From Heterodontus francisci (Eukaryota): 64,000 bases of DNA. Made by a program: the position numbers and the translations under genes. The DNA lies in the NCBI RefSeq assembly GCF_036365525.1, contig NC_090378.1, positions 118,095,593 to 118,159,592 on the forward strand, written 5' to 3'. This document shows, piece after piece, positions 43,701-55,900 of this stretch. Each line of letters starts with the position of its first letter. Position 1 is the first letter of the stretch. Below the pieces are notes generated by a model, which ran no database searches, had not been told where the DNA came from, and saw nothing but the letters and a program-made list of their open reading frames with translations.

Positions 43701-43924
43701 AGAAGGATGGAGGGATGGAGAAGGGTTGGGTGTCAGTGTAGAAGGTTCTAGATGTCATTTAAAACCTTCCTGCCCAGCACTGGGGTGAGGTCAAGGGTGA
43801 GGCTATAATTAGTCTCAGTGCACTGGGGTCAGGCAGGGTCACTGCTCCGAATGATCCCATGACCCCTGGAAGGTGAGAGTGTGCGGACAATGGGCGAGGG
43901 TCAGGATCAGGAGCCTCCAACCTC

Positions 43925-44315
43925 AAAGAAAGACTTGCATTTCTATAGCGCCTGTCACCACCTCAGCATATCTTCAAGTATTTTACAGCCAACTGTTCAC
44001 AGTAAGATCCCAGACAGCTGAGTGATAATGAGCAGATAATCTGATTTTTAATGGTGTTGGTTGAGTGATAAACATTGTCCAGGACACCGAGGAGAATTCC
44101 CCTGCTCTTCTAATAGCGCAGTGGGATCCTTTACATCCACCTGAGAGGGCAGACGTCAGTTTGTCTCATCTGAAAGACAGCACCTCTGACAATGCAGCAC
44201 TCCCTCAATACTGCACTGCAGTGTCAGCCTGGATTATGTGCTCCAGTCTCTGGAGTGGGACCTGAAGCCACAACATTCTGACTCAGAGGTGAGAGTGCTA
44301 CCCACTGAGACAACA
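43925..44315 (-). mobile_element. tRNA-headed DeuSINE-like (SacSINE1-type) SINE
   Basis: Minus-strand head CTCAGTGGGTAGCACTCTCACCTCTGAGTCAGAATGTTGTGGCTTCAGGTCCCACT; central GTAAAGGATCCC...GAAGAGCAGGG...GTGTCCTGG; tail ending in TTTCTTT. Family call from recollection. Confidence 0.7.
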
Positions 44316-44721
44316 CTAACACCTCACAGTCGAATAGCCTGCCATTCTCAACCTCCCGGCTCACACTTGGAGGAATGAGGCCACTTGGGGAGGGTAGAGC
44401 TGTGACCCAGCCAGAAATAGTGCCTTCAGGAGAGAGATGGAGAGCAGATTGTGGGAGACCTGTAGTCTAGAGGGGTGACATTTAACCAGTCGATGGCAGG
44501 TGCTGAGCCCTTTCCCCGTAAGTATTTTGTAAGTCGATGGGGAAAGTGGGAGGGGCACTAGAGTAACACCTTTGTTGCTGCTGAAACTCTTGCTATCTGC
44601 TCAGTCATGTCTAATAAACACACAGACAAATCAGACAAACATTAGTCAGTTTTCTGTGGATTTTCTGCTGGGTTCAGCTTTAATCAACAGGGTATTGTGG
44701 GAGCTCCCGGTTAATAAAAAG

Positions 44722-44930
44722 AAAAGAAAGACTTGTATTTATATCGAGTATTTCACACCTCAGGACCTCCCAAAGTCATTTACAGACAATGAAGGACTTG
44801 TTTAAAGAGCAGTCACTGTTGGAATGTCGGAAATGTGGCAGACAATTTGTGCACAGCAAGATCCCACAAACAGCAGTGAGATAAATGAGCATTTTTAGCA
44901 ATGTCGGTTCAGAGATAAATATTGGCCTGA
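44722..44930 (-). mobile_element. 3' fragment of the same SINE family
   Basis: AAGAAAGACTTG...TTTACAG...AAGATCCCA matches 43927-44030. Confidence 0.6.
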
Positions 44931-45098
44931 ACTTCACCCAAAGAGAAAGCAACTGAGAGTCTCCCCAAAACCCTGGAACACTGAAGCCACTGGATTGGGA
45001 GCCCTGCTGTCACTGTTTGTCATCAGAACTTTGACAAGAGATAAGCAGGGAGTGGACAGAGCAGAGTTAAAGCTGGGGGAGGTGGGACCTCGGTATCT

Positions 45099-45105
45099 CA
45101 CTGTG
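45099..45105 (-). other. Isolated perfect heptamer CACAGTG (sense strand) in the J-C intron, candidate intronic RSS
   Basis: Plus-strand CACTGTG about 340 bp downstream of the J donor; V-type orientation; no good nonamer at 12 or 23 spacing. Confidence 0.3.
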
Positions 45106-45446
45106 CTGGTGCTGAGATCAGTTATATCAGAGACTGTGACAGAGACCCAGAGCTCACACTGAGACTGGCAGGAGTCTAGTGAGGGATTTCACTCCATGGA
45201 GCAGGAATGTGACCACAGTCTGCAAACGTCCAGATCTCCTCTACACACTCGGTAAAAGTTGGTTACTTATATCTTGCTGGTTAAAGGGGGAATGTAACTA
45301 AAGAAATACAGCTGGGCACCCTGTTATACACAGTGCTCTTCAATGAACCATTTCATTGACTGCAGCTCCTTCCACTATTCAGCATTTGTGTTTTAGAAAG
45401 TTTCAGTATTTAAAGGATTAATAACGGAGGATTGAGGTTTACTTAC

Positions 45447-45481
45447 TCAGTCTGAGCTTGGTTCCTTTACCAAACGTTAAC
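45447..45481 (-). CDS. IGKJ: Immunoglobulin kappa-type J segment, unrearranged
   Basis: G TTA ACG TTT GGT AAA GGA ACC AAG CTC AGA CTG A|GTAAGT = LTFGKGTKLRL. FGxG motif present; phase-1 donor joins the C exon in frame (A+GC = Ser). Confidence 0.96.
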
Positions 45482-45520
45482 CACACTGACAGCTTCCAGT
45501 GCAGGGGCTGTACAATATCC
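45482..45520 (+). other. 23-RSS of the J segment
   Basis: Heptamer CACACTG (45482-45488), 23-nt spacer, nonamer ACAATATCC (45512-45520). A 23 spacer on J is the kappa configuration. Confidence 0.92.
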
Positions 45521-46630
45521 TCTGCTCTCTGTTTCACTCACTCACTCTCACACTCTCTCTGTCTTTCACTGTCACTGTGTCTCTCTCTCTCTGTCTGTAT
45601 TTGTGTGTGTGTGTGTGTGTCTCTCTTTCTCTCTCTCTGTGTTTCTTTCCCTGTGTGTGCCTCTGTGTGTGTGTCTGTCTCTCTGTCTGTATTTGTGTGT
45701 GTCTCTCTCTCTCTGTTTCCTTCTCGGTGTGTGCCTCTGTGTGTGTCTCTCTCTCTGTCTGTATTTGTGTGTGTGTGTCTCTCTGTGTTTCCTTCTCGGT
45801 GTGTGCCTCTGTGTGTGTGTGTCTCTCTGTCTGTATTTGTGTGTGTGTCTCTCTCTGTGTTTCCTTCTCGGTGTGTGCCTCTGTGTGTGTGTCTGTCTCT
45901 CCGTCTGTATTTGTGTGTGTGTCTCTCTCTGTGTTTACTTCCCGGTGTGTGCCTCTGTGTGTGTGTCTGTCTCTCCGTCTGTATTTGTGTGTGTCTCTCT
46001 CTCTGTGTTTCCTTCCCTGTGTGTGCCTCTGTGTGTGTGTCTCTCTCTGTCTGTATTTGTGTGTGTGTCTCTCTCTGTGTTTCCTTCTCGGTGTGTGCCT
46101 CTGTGTGTGTGTCTGTCTCTCCGTCTATATTTGTGTGTGTGTCTCTCTCTGTGTTTCCTTCCCTGTGTGTGCCTCTGTGTGTGTGTCTCTCTCTGTCTGT
46201 ATTTGTGTGTGTGTCTCTCTCTGTGTTTCCTTCTCGGTGTGTGCCTCTGTGTGTGTGTATGTCTCTCCGTCTGTATTTGTGTGTGTGTCTCTCTCTGTGT
46301 TTCCTTCCCTGTGTGTGCCTCTGTGTGTGTGTCTCTCTCTGTCTGTATTTGTGTGTGTGTCTCTCTCTGTGTTTCCTTCTCGGTGTGTGCCTCTGTGTGT
46401 GTGTCTGTCTCTCCGTCTGTATTTGTGTGTGTGTCTCTCTCTGTGTTTCCTTCCCTGTGTGTGCCTCTGTGTGTGTGTCTCTCTCTGTCTGTATTTGTGT
46501 GTGTGTCTCTCTCTGTGTTTCCTTCTCGGTGTGTGCCTCTGTGTGTGTGTCTGTCTCTCCGTCTGTATTTGTGTGTGTCTCTCTCTGTGTTTACTTCCCG
46601 GTGTGTGCCCCTGTGTCTCTCTCTCTCTTC
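45521..46630. repeat. Compound (TG)n/(TC)n minisatellite of about 66-72 bp units, abutting the J nonamer
   Basis: Repeated GTCTGTATTTGTGTGTGTGTCTCTCTCTGTGTTTCCTT(CTCGG/CCCT)GTGTGTGCCTCTGTGTG, with alternating variants. Confidence 0.92.
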
Positions 46631-46838
46631 GGGTAAGAATGGATCTGACCCAGATAAATTCAAGAACTGTAACTGAACAATGGGCTGCTTTTAAAGAAGA
46701 GATATTTCGGGCAAAACCAAGGTGTATTTCCACGAAGGGGAAACGTGGGGCAAACAAATCCAGAGCTCCCTGGATGACAAAAGAGATGGAGGTTAAGATA
46801 AAGAAGAAAAAGTCTGCTTATGATAAATGTCAGGTGGA

Positions 46839-47556
46839 TTTTCTTTTGTTATTTGTTCATGGGATATGGGCGTCACTGGCTAGGCCAGCATTTATTGCCC
46901 ATCCCGAATTGCCCACTGAAGGCATTTAAGAGTCAACCACATTGCTGTGGGTCTGGAGTCACATGAAGGCCAGACCAGGTAAGGCCTGCAGATTTCCTTC
47001 CCTGAAGGACATTAGTGAACCAGATGGGTTTTTACAACAATCGACAATGGTTTCATGGTCACCATTCCACCAGCTTTTAATTCCAGATTTATTAATTGAA
47101 TTCAAATTTCACTATCTGCCATGGTGGGATTCAAACACATGTCCCCAGAATGGCACAGTGGCGCAGTGGTTAGCACCGCAGCCTCACAGCTCCAGCGACC
47201 CGGGTTCAATTCTGGGTACTGCCTGTGTGGAGTTTGCAAGTTCTCTCTGTGTCTGCGTGGGTTTCCTCCGGGTGCTCCGGTTTCCTCAAACATGCCAAAG
47301 ACTTGCAGATTGATAGGTAAATTGGCCATTAGCAATTGCCCCTAGTATAGGTAGGTGGTAGGGAAATATGGGTACAGGTGAGGATGTGGTAGGAATATGG
47401 AATTAGTGTAGGATTAGTATAAATGGGTGGTTGATGGTCGGCACAGACTCGGTGGGCCGAAGGGCCTGTTTCAATGCTGTATCTCTAAAAAAAAAATTAG
47501 CCTGGGCCTCTGGATTACTGGTCAAGTGACATTACCACTACACCATCACCTCCCCC
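46839..47556 (-). mobile_element. tRNA-headed SINE inserted in the CR1, itself interrupted by an HE1-like SINE
   Basis: Minus-strand head GGTGATGGTGTAGTGGTAATGTCACTTGACC (47520-47551) continues as GGGGACATGTGTTTGAATCCCACC (47123-47147) across the insert; CR1 sequence resumes at about 47557. Confidence 0.7.
47151..47496 (+). mobile_element. HE1-like (V-SINE) tRNA-derived SINE
   Basis: A box TGGCGCAGTGG, B box GGTTCAATTC, V-domain-like GTGGGTTTCCTCCGGGTGCTCCGGTTTCCTC, CR1-like tail GGGCCGAAGGGCCTGTTTC...CTGTATCTCT and an A run. Confidence 0.85.
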
Positions 47557-49926
47557 TACAATCGAGAACCAGGCTGAATGTAGAAGGCTCAGAGGGGAAT
47601 TTAAAAGGCAAAGGGAAGAAAAGAGAGAGTATGAAAAGAGACTGGCAGCTAATACAATAGTGGATCTAATAATCTTGTATCAGCATGTATATAGTAAAAG
47701 AGTGGTAAAAGGAGCAGTGGGGCGTATAGGGACCAAAAAGGGGATTTACACATGGAGGTAGGAGCATGGCTGAGGTATGAAATGAATACTTTCCATCTGT
47801 CTTTATCAAGGGAGAAGATGCTGCACAGGTCATAGTGAAAGAGAAGGTAATTCAGACACCAGATGGGTTTAAAATTGATAAAGAGGAGTTATTGGATAGG
47901 CTGTCTGTACTTAAAGTGGATTAAACACCAGGACCGGATGAGATGCACCCAAGGATACTGAGGGAGTGAGAGTGGAAATTGCAGAGCCACTGGCCATAAT
48001 TTTACAGTCTTCGTTAAACTCAGGGATGGTGGCAGAGAATTGGAGAATTGTAAATGTAACACCCTTGTTCAAAAAAAGGGTGTAAAGATAAGCCCAGCAA
48101 TGTCAAGCCAGTCAGTTTAACATCAGTGGTGGGGAAACTTCTAGAAAGAATAATTCGGGACAAGATTAATAGTCACATGGACAAGTGCAAGTTAGTTAAG
48201 GAAAGCCAGCAATGATTTGTTCAGGGCAAATCATGTTTAACTAACTTGTTGGAGTTTTTGATGAGGTAACAGAGAGAGTTGATGAGGGCAATGTTGTTGC
48301 TGTTGATGTTGTGTACATGGACTTTCAAAAGGTGTTTGATACAGTGCCACACAACAGACTGGTGAGCAAAGTTCTAGCTCATGGAATAAAAGGGACAGTA
48401 GCAACATGGATACAAAATTGGCTGAGTGACAGGAAAAAGAGAGTAGTTAATGGATGTTTTTCAGGCTGGAGGAAGATTTGTAGTGGAGATCCTCAGGGAT
48501 CAGTGTTGGGACCCTTGCTTTTCCTAATATATATTAATGACCTAGACCTTGGTGTGCAGGGCACAATTTCAAAATTTGCAGATGATACAAAACTTGGAAG
48601 TATGTGAACTGTGAGGAAGACAGTGTAGAACTTCAAAAGGATACAGACAGGTTGGTGGAATGGGCTGACAAGTGGCAGATGAAATTTAAATGCAGAGAAG
48701 TGTGATGTGGTAGAGAGAATGCGGAGAGACAATATAAAATAAAGGGTATAATTCTAAAGGGGGTACAGGAGCAGAGGGACCTAAGTGTGCGGAAGTCATT
48801 GAAGGTGGCAGGACAGGTTGAGAGAGAGGTTAATAAAGCATACAGTATCCTGGGCTTTATTAATAGGGGCACAGAGTACAAGAGCAAGGAGGTTATGTTA
48901 AACTTGTATAAAACACTAGTTCAGCCTCAACTGGAGGACTGTGTCCAGTTCTGGGTGACACAATTTAGGAAGGAAGTGAAGGCATTAGAGAGGGTGCAGA
49001 AAGGATTCACAAGAATCGGTCCAGGGATAGTTATGTGGATAAATTGGAGAAGCTGGGACTATTTCCTTGGAGATGAGAAGGTAGAGAGGAGATTTGATGG
49101 GGGTATTCAAAATCATTAGGGCTCTGGACAGAGTAGATAGGGAGAAACTATTACCATTGGTGGAAGGATCGAGAACCAGAGGGCAGAGATTTAAGGTAAT
49201 TGGCAAAAGATGCAATGGTGACATGAGGAGAAACTTTTTCACACAGGGAGTAGTTCGGATCTGGAATACACTGCCTGAGAGTGTGGTGGAGGCAGGTTCA
49301 ATTGATGCATTCAAAAGGGAATTGGATTATTCTCCTAAAAGGAAGGATATGCAGGATGACGGGGAGAAGGTGCCGGAGTGTCACGAGGTGAATTGCTCTT
49401 TCAGAGATCCAGCACAGAAATAATGGCCTGAATGGCCTTCTTCTGTGCTGTAACCATTCTATAATTCTATCATTTTTTTTCAAAGTCTGTATTTGTCTCT
49501 CATTGCCTGCGTGTCTCCCGTTGTGTGTGTGTGGATGTGAGTGTCTCTTTCCTTCTGTCTCTCTCTCAATGTCTGTGTGCATGTCTCTGTGCCTCGACGC
49601 ATATCTCCCTGTCCCTCTCCCACCTTCTCTCACTCATTCTGTCTCTCCCTTGGTCTGTATCTCTCTCACAGTCTGCCTCTCACTGTTTCTGTGTCTTGCT
49701 GTGTCCAAGCTGCATGCAGCAGTGCTCGGGAGAGTTGGAATCCCAATTCAATGAAAATATTTTCAGCATCTCTTCATATGTGCACATGGAGTGTTCGAGG
49801 AACAACTTAAGCCTTCAATGAGCAGTGGGCACCACAGGGGCAGTGGGGTGTAGTGGACAGTGAACATAATGTCATGGTTTAATTTGATCAGTTTACGTTC
49901 TTCATTAATTATATTACATATATAAA

Positions 49927-52900
49927 TGTGGGATGTGTCAGTACAGGAGGTGGGACTGTGTGTCCATTATTATATATTATATATAACTGTGGGATGTGTC
50001 AGTGCAGGAGGTGGGACTGTGTGTCCATTATTATATATTATATATAACTGTGAGATGTGTCAGTCCAGGAGGTGGGACTGTGTGTCCATTATTATATATT
50101 ATATACAACTGTGGGATGTGTCAGTACAGGAGGTGGGACTGTGTGTCCATTATTATATATTATATATAACTGTGAGATGTGTCAGTACAGGAGGTGAGAC
50201 TGTGTGTCCATTATTATATATTATATATAACTGTGGGATGTGTCAGTGCAGGAGGTGGGACTGTGTGTCCATTATTATATATTATATATAACTGTGAGAT
50301 GTGTCAGTCCAGGAGGTGGGACTGTGTGTCCATTATTATATATTATATACAACTGTGGGATGTGTCAGTACAGGAGGTGGGACTGTGTGTCCATTATTAT
50401 ATATTATATATAACTGTGAGATGTGTCAGTACAGGAGGTGAGACTGTGTGTCCATTATTATATATTATATATAACTGTGGGATGTGTCAGTACAGGAGGT
50501 GGGACTGTGTGTCCATTGTTATATATTATATATAACTGTGGGACATGTCAGTACAGGAGGTGGGACTGTGTGTCCATTGTTATATATTATATATAACTGT
50601 GGGACATGTCAGTACAGGAGGTGGGACTGTGTGTCCATTATTCTATATTATATATAACTGTGGGATGTGTCAGTCCAGGAGGTGGGACTGTGTGTCCATT
50701 ATTATATATTCTATATAACTGTGGGATGTGTCAGTACAGGAGGTGGAACTGTGTGTCCATTATTATATATTATATATAACTGTGGGATGTGTCAGTACAG
50801 GAGGTGGGACTGTGTGCCCATTATTATATATTATATATAACTGTGGGATGTGTCAGTCCAGGAGGTGGGACTGTCTGTCCATTATTATATATTATATATA
50901 ACTGTGGGATGTGTCAGTGCAGGAGGTGAGACTGTGTGTCCATTATTATATATTATATATAACTGTGGGATGTGTCAGTCCAGGAGGTGGGACTGTGTGT
51001 CCATTATTATATATTATATATAACTGTGGGATCTGTCAGTCCAGGAGGTGGGACTGTGTGTCCATTATTATATATTATATATAACTGTGGGATGTGTCAG
51101 TCCAGGAGGTGGACTGTGTGTCCATTATTATATATTATATATAACTGTGGGATGCGTCAGTCCAGGAGGTGAGACTGTGTGTCCATTATTATATATTATA
51201 TATAACTGTGGGATGTGTCAGTCCAGGAGGTGGGACTGTGTGTCCATTATTATATATTATATATAACTGTGGGATGTGTCAGTCCAGGAGGTGAGACTGT
51301 GTGTCCATTATTATATATTATATATAACTGTGGGATGTGTCAGTCCAGGAGGTGGGACTGTGTGTCCATTATTATATATTATATATAACTGTGGGATGTG
51401 TCAGTATACAGGAGGTGGGACTGTGTGTCCATTATTATATATTACATATAGCTGTGGGATGTGTCAGTACAGGAGGTGAGACTGTGTGTCCATTATTATA
51501 TATTATATATAACTGTGGGATGTGTCAGTATACAGGAGTTGGAACTGTGTTTCCATTATTATATATTATATATAGCTGTGGGATGTTTCAGTACAGGAGG
51601 TGAGACTGTGTGTCCATTATTATATATTATATATAACTGTGGGACGTGTCAGTACAGGAGGTGGGACTGTGTGTCCATTATTATATATTATATATAACTG
51701 TGGGACGTGTCAGTACAGGAGGTGGGACCGTGTGTCCATTATTATATATTATATATAACTGTGGGATGTGTCAGTCCAGGAGGTGGGACTGTGTGTCCAT
51801 TATTCTATATTATATACAACTGTGGGATGTGTCAGTCCAGGAGGTGGGACTGTGTGTCCATTATTATGTATTATATATAACTGTGGGATGTGTCAGTACA
51901 GGAGGTGGAACTGTGTGTCCATTATTATATATTATATATAACTGTGGGATGTATCAGGACAGGAGGTGGGACTGTGTGTCCATTATTATATATTATATAT
52001 AACTGTGGGATGTGTCAGTCCAGGAGATGGGACTGTGTGTCCATTATTCTATATTATATACAACTGTGGGATGTGTCAGTCCAGGAGGTGGGACTGTGTG
52101 TCCATTATTATGTATTATATATAACTGTGGGATGTGTCAGTACAGGAGGTGGAACTGTGTGTCCATTATTATATATTATATATAACTGTGGGATGTATCA
52201 GGACAGGAGGTGGGACTGTGTGTCCATTATTATATATTATATATAACTGTGGGATGTGTCAGTCCAGGAGGTGGGACTGTGTGTCCATTATTATATATTA
52301 TATATAACTGTGGGATGTATCAGGACAGGAGGTGGGACTGTGTGTCCATTATTATATATTATATATAACTGTGGGATGTGTCAGTCCAGGAGGTGGGACT
52401 GTGTGTCCATTATTATGTATTATATATAACTGTGGGATGTGTCAGTACAGGAGGTGGAACTGTGTGTCCATTATTATATATTATATATAACTGTGGGATG
52501 TATCAGGACAGGAGGTGGGACTGTGTGTCCATTATTATATATTATATATAACTGTGGGATGTGTCAGTCCAGGAGGTGGGACTGTGTATCCATTATTATA
52601 TATTATATACAACTGTGGGATGTGTCAGTCCAGGAGGTGGGACTGTGTGTCCATTATTATATATTATATATAACTGTAGGATGTGTCAGTCCAGGAGGTG
52701 GGACTGTGTGTCCATTATTCTATATTATATATAACTGTGGGATGTGTCAGTCCAGGAGGTGGGACTGTGTGTCCATTATTATATATTCTATATAACTGTG
52801 GGATGTGTCAGTACAGGAGGTGGAACTGTGTGTCCATTATTATATATTATATATAACTGTGGGATGTGTCAGTACAGGAGGTGGGACTGTGTGCCCATTA

Positions 52901-55900
52901 TTATATATTATATATAACTGAGGGATGTGTCAGTCCAGGAGGTGGGAGTGTCTGTCCATTATTATATATTATATATAACTGTGGGATGTGTCAGTCCAGG
53001 AGGTGGGACTGTGTGTCCATTATTATATATTATATATAACTGTGGGATGCGTCAGTGCAGGAGGTGAGACTGTGTGTCCATTATTATATATTATATATAA
53101 CTGTGGGATGTGTCAGTCCAGGAGGTGGGACTGTGTGTCCATTATTATATATTATATATAACTGTGGGATGTGTCTGTCCAGGAGGTGGGACTGTGTGTC
53201 CATTATTATATATTATATATAACTGTGGGATGTGTCAGTCCAGGAGGTGGACTGTGTGTCCATTATTATATATTATATATAACTGTGAGATGCGTCAGTC
53301 CAGGAGGTGAGACTGTGTGTCCATTATTATATATTATATATAACTGTGGGATGTGTCAGTCCAGGAGGTGGGACTGTGTGTCCATTATTATATATTATAT
53401 ATAACTGTGGGATGTGTCAGTATACAGGAGGTGGGACTGTGTGTCCATTAGTATATATTACATATAGCTGTGGGATGTGTCAGTACAGGAGGTGAGACTG
53501 TGTGTCCATTATTGTATATTATATATAACTGTGGGATGTGTCAGTACAGGAGGTGGGACTGTGTGTCCATTGTTATATATTATATATAACTGTGGGATGT
53601 GTCAGTCCAGGAGGTGGGACTGTGTGTCCATTATTATATATTATATATAACTGTGGGATGTGTCAGTCCAGGAGGTGGGACTGTGTGTCCATTATTATAT
53701 ATTATATATAACTGTGGGATGTGTCAGTACAGGAGGTGGGACTGTGTGTCCATTATTTTAAATTATATATAACTGTGGGATGTGTCAGTACAGGAGGTGG
53801 GAATGTGTGTCCATTATTATATATTATATATAACTGTGGGATGTGTCAGTCCAGGAGGTGGGACTGTGTGTCCATTATTATATATTATATATAACTGTGG
53901 GATGTGTCAGTCCAGGAGGTGGGACTGTGTGTCCATTATTATGTATTATATATAACTGTGGGATGTGTCAGTACAGGAGGTGGAACTGTGTGTCCATTAT
54001 TATATATTATATATAACTGTGGAATGTGTCAGGACAGGAGGTGGGACTGTGTGTCCATTATTATATATTATATATAACTGTGGGATGTGTCAGTCCAGGA
54101 GGTGGGACTGTGTGTCCATTATTCTATATTATATACAACTGTGGGATGTGTCAGTCCAGGAGGTGGGACTGTGTGTCCATTATTATATATTATATATAAC
54201 TGTAGGATGTGTCAGTTCAGGAGGTGGGACTGTGTGTCCATTATTCTATATTATATATAACTGTGGGATGTGTCAGTCCAGGAGGTGGGACTGTGTGTCC
54301 ATTATTATATATTCTATATAACTGTGGGATGTGTCAGTACAGGAGGTGGAACTGTGTGTCCATTATTATATATTATATATAACTGTGGGATGTGTCAGTA
54401 CAGGAGGTGGGACTGTGTGCCCATTATTATATATTATATATAACTGTGGGATGTGTCAGTCCAGGAGGTGGGAGTGTCTGTCCATTATTATATATTATAT
54501 ATAACTGTGGGATGTGTCAGTACAGGAGGTGGGACTGTGTGCCCATTATTATATATTATATATAACTGAGGGATGTGTCAGTCCAGGAGGTGGGAGTGTC
54601 TGTCCATTATTATATATTATATATAACTGTGGGATGCGTCAGTGCAGGAGGTGGGACTGTGTGTCCATTGTTATATATTATATGTAACTGTGGGATGTGT
54701 CAGTCCAGGAGGTGGGACTGTGTGTCCATTATTATATATTATATATAACTGTGGGATGTGTCAGTCCAGGAGGTGGGACTGTGTGTCCATTATTATATAT
54801 TATATATAACTGTGGGATGTGTCAGTACAGGAGGTGGGACTGTGTGTCCATTATTTTAAATTATATATAACTGTGGGATGTGTCAGTACAGGAGGTGGGA
54901 CTGTGTGTCCATTATTATATATTATATATAACTGTGGGATGTGTCAGTATACAGGAGGTGGGACTGTGTGTCCATTATTATATATTACATATAGCTGTGG
55001 GATGTGTCAGTACAGGAGGTGAGACTGTGTGTCCATTATTATATATTATATATAACTGTGGGATGTGTCAGTATACAGGAGGTGGGACTGTGTGTCCATT
55101 ATTATATATTATATATAACTGTGGGATGTGTCAGTACAGGAGGTGGGACTGTGTGTCCATTATTTTAAATTATATATAACTGTGGGATGTGTCAGTACAG
55201 GAGGTGGGACTGTGTGTCCATTATTATATATTATATATAACTGTGGGATGTGTCAGTATACAGGAGGTGGGACTGTGTGTCCATTATTATATATTACATA
55301 TAGCTGTGGGATGTGTCAGTACAGGAGGTGAGACTGTGTGTCCATTATTATATATTATATATAACTGTGGGATGTGTCAGTATACAGGAGGTGGAACTGT
55401 GTTTCCATTATTATATATTATATATAGCTGTGGGATGTGTCAGTACAGGAGGTGAGACTGTGTGTCCATTATTATATATTATATATAACTGTGGGATGCG
55501 TCAGTGCAGGAGGTGAGACTGTGTGTCCATTATTATATATTATATATAACTGTGGGATGTGTCAGTCCAGGAGGTGGGACTGTGTGTCCATTATTATATA
55601 TTATATATAACTGTGGGATGTGTCAGTCCAGGAGGTGGGACTGTGTGTCCATTATTATATATTATATATAACTGTGGGATGTGTCAGTCCAGGAGGTGGA
55701 CTGTGTGTCCATTATTATATATTATATATAACTGTGGGATGCGTCAGTCCAGGAGGTGAGACTGTGTGTCCATTATTATATATTATATATAACTGTGGGA
55801 TGTGTCAGTCCAGGAGGTGGGACTGTGTGTCCATTATTATATATTATATATAACTGTGGGATGTGTCAGTCCAGGAGGTGAGACTGTGTGTCCATTATTA

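Larger units (their letters stand above)
46631..49470 (+). mobile_element. CR1 (HER1-like) LINE, 5'-truncated and decayed, containing nested SINEs
   Basis: [66 protein letters not shown]; 3' tail GGCCTGAATGGCCTTCTTCTGTGCTGTAA. Confidence 0.92.

Noticed and set aside
45183-45192. GGGATTTCAC as the kB site of an intronic kappa enhancer
   Set aside because: Imperfect single motif with no supporting cluster; cannot be distinguished from chance
45329-45335. Plus-strand CACAGTG in the J-C intron as a second J RSS
   Set aside because: No nonamer at 12 or 22-23 spacing and no FGxG segment or donor next to it
45573-45579. Sense-strand CACAGTG just upstream of the J RSS as a V 12-RSS
   Set aside because: Lies in simple repeat, nonamer only 4/9, and no V coding sequence adjoins it
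45458-46929. Cys/Val/Leu/Ser-rich and His/Thr/Arg/Glu-rich ORFs
   Set aside because: Translations of (TG)n/(TC)n simple repeat
47151-47220. tRNA gene
   Set aside because: tRNA-derived head of an HE1-like SINE that continues into SINE body and tail
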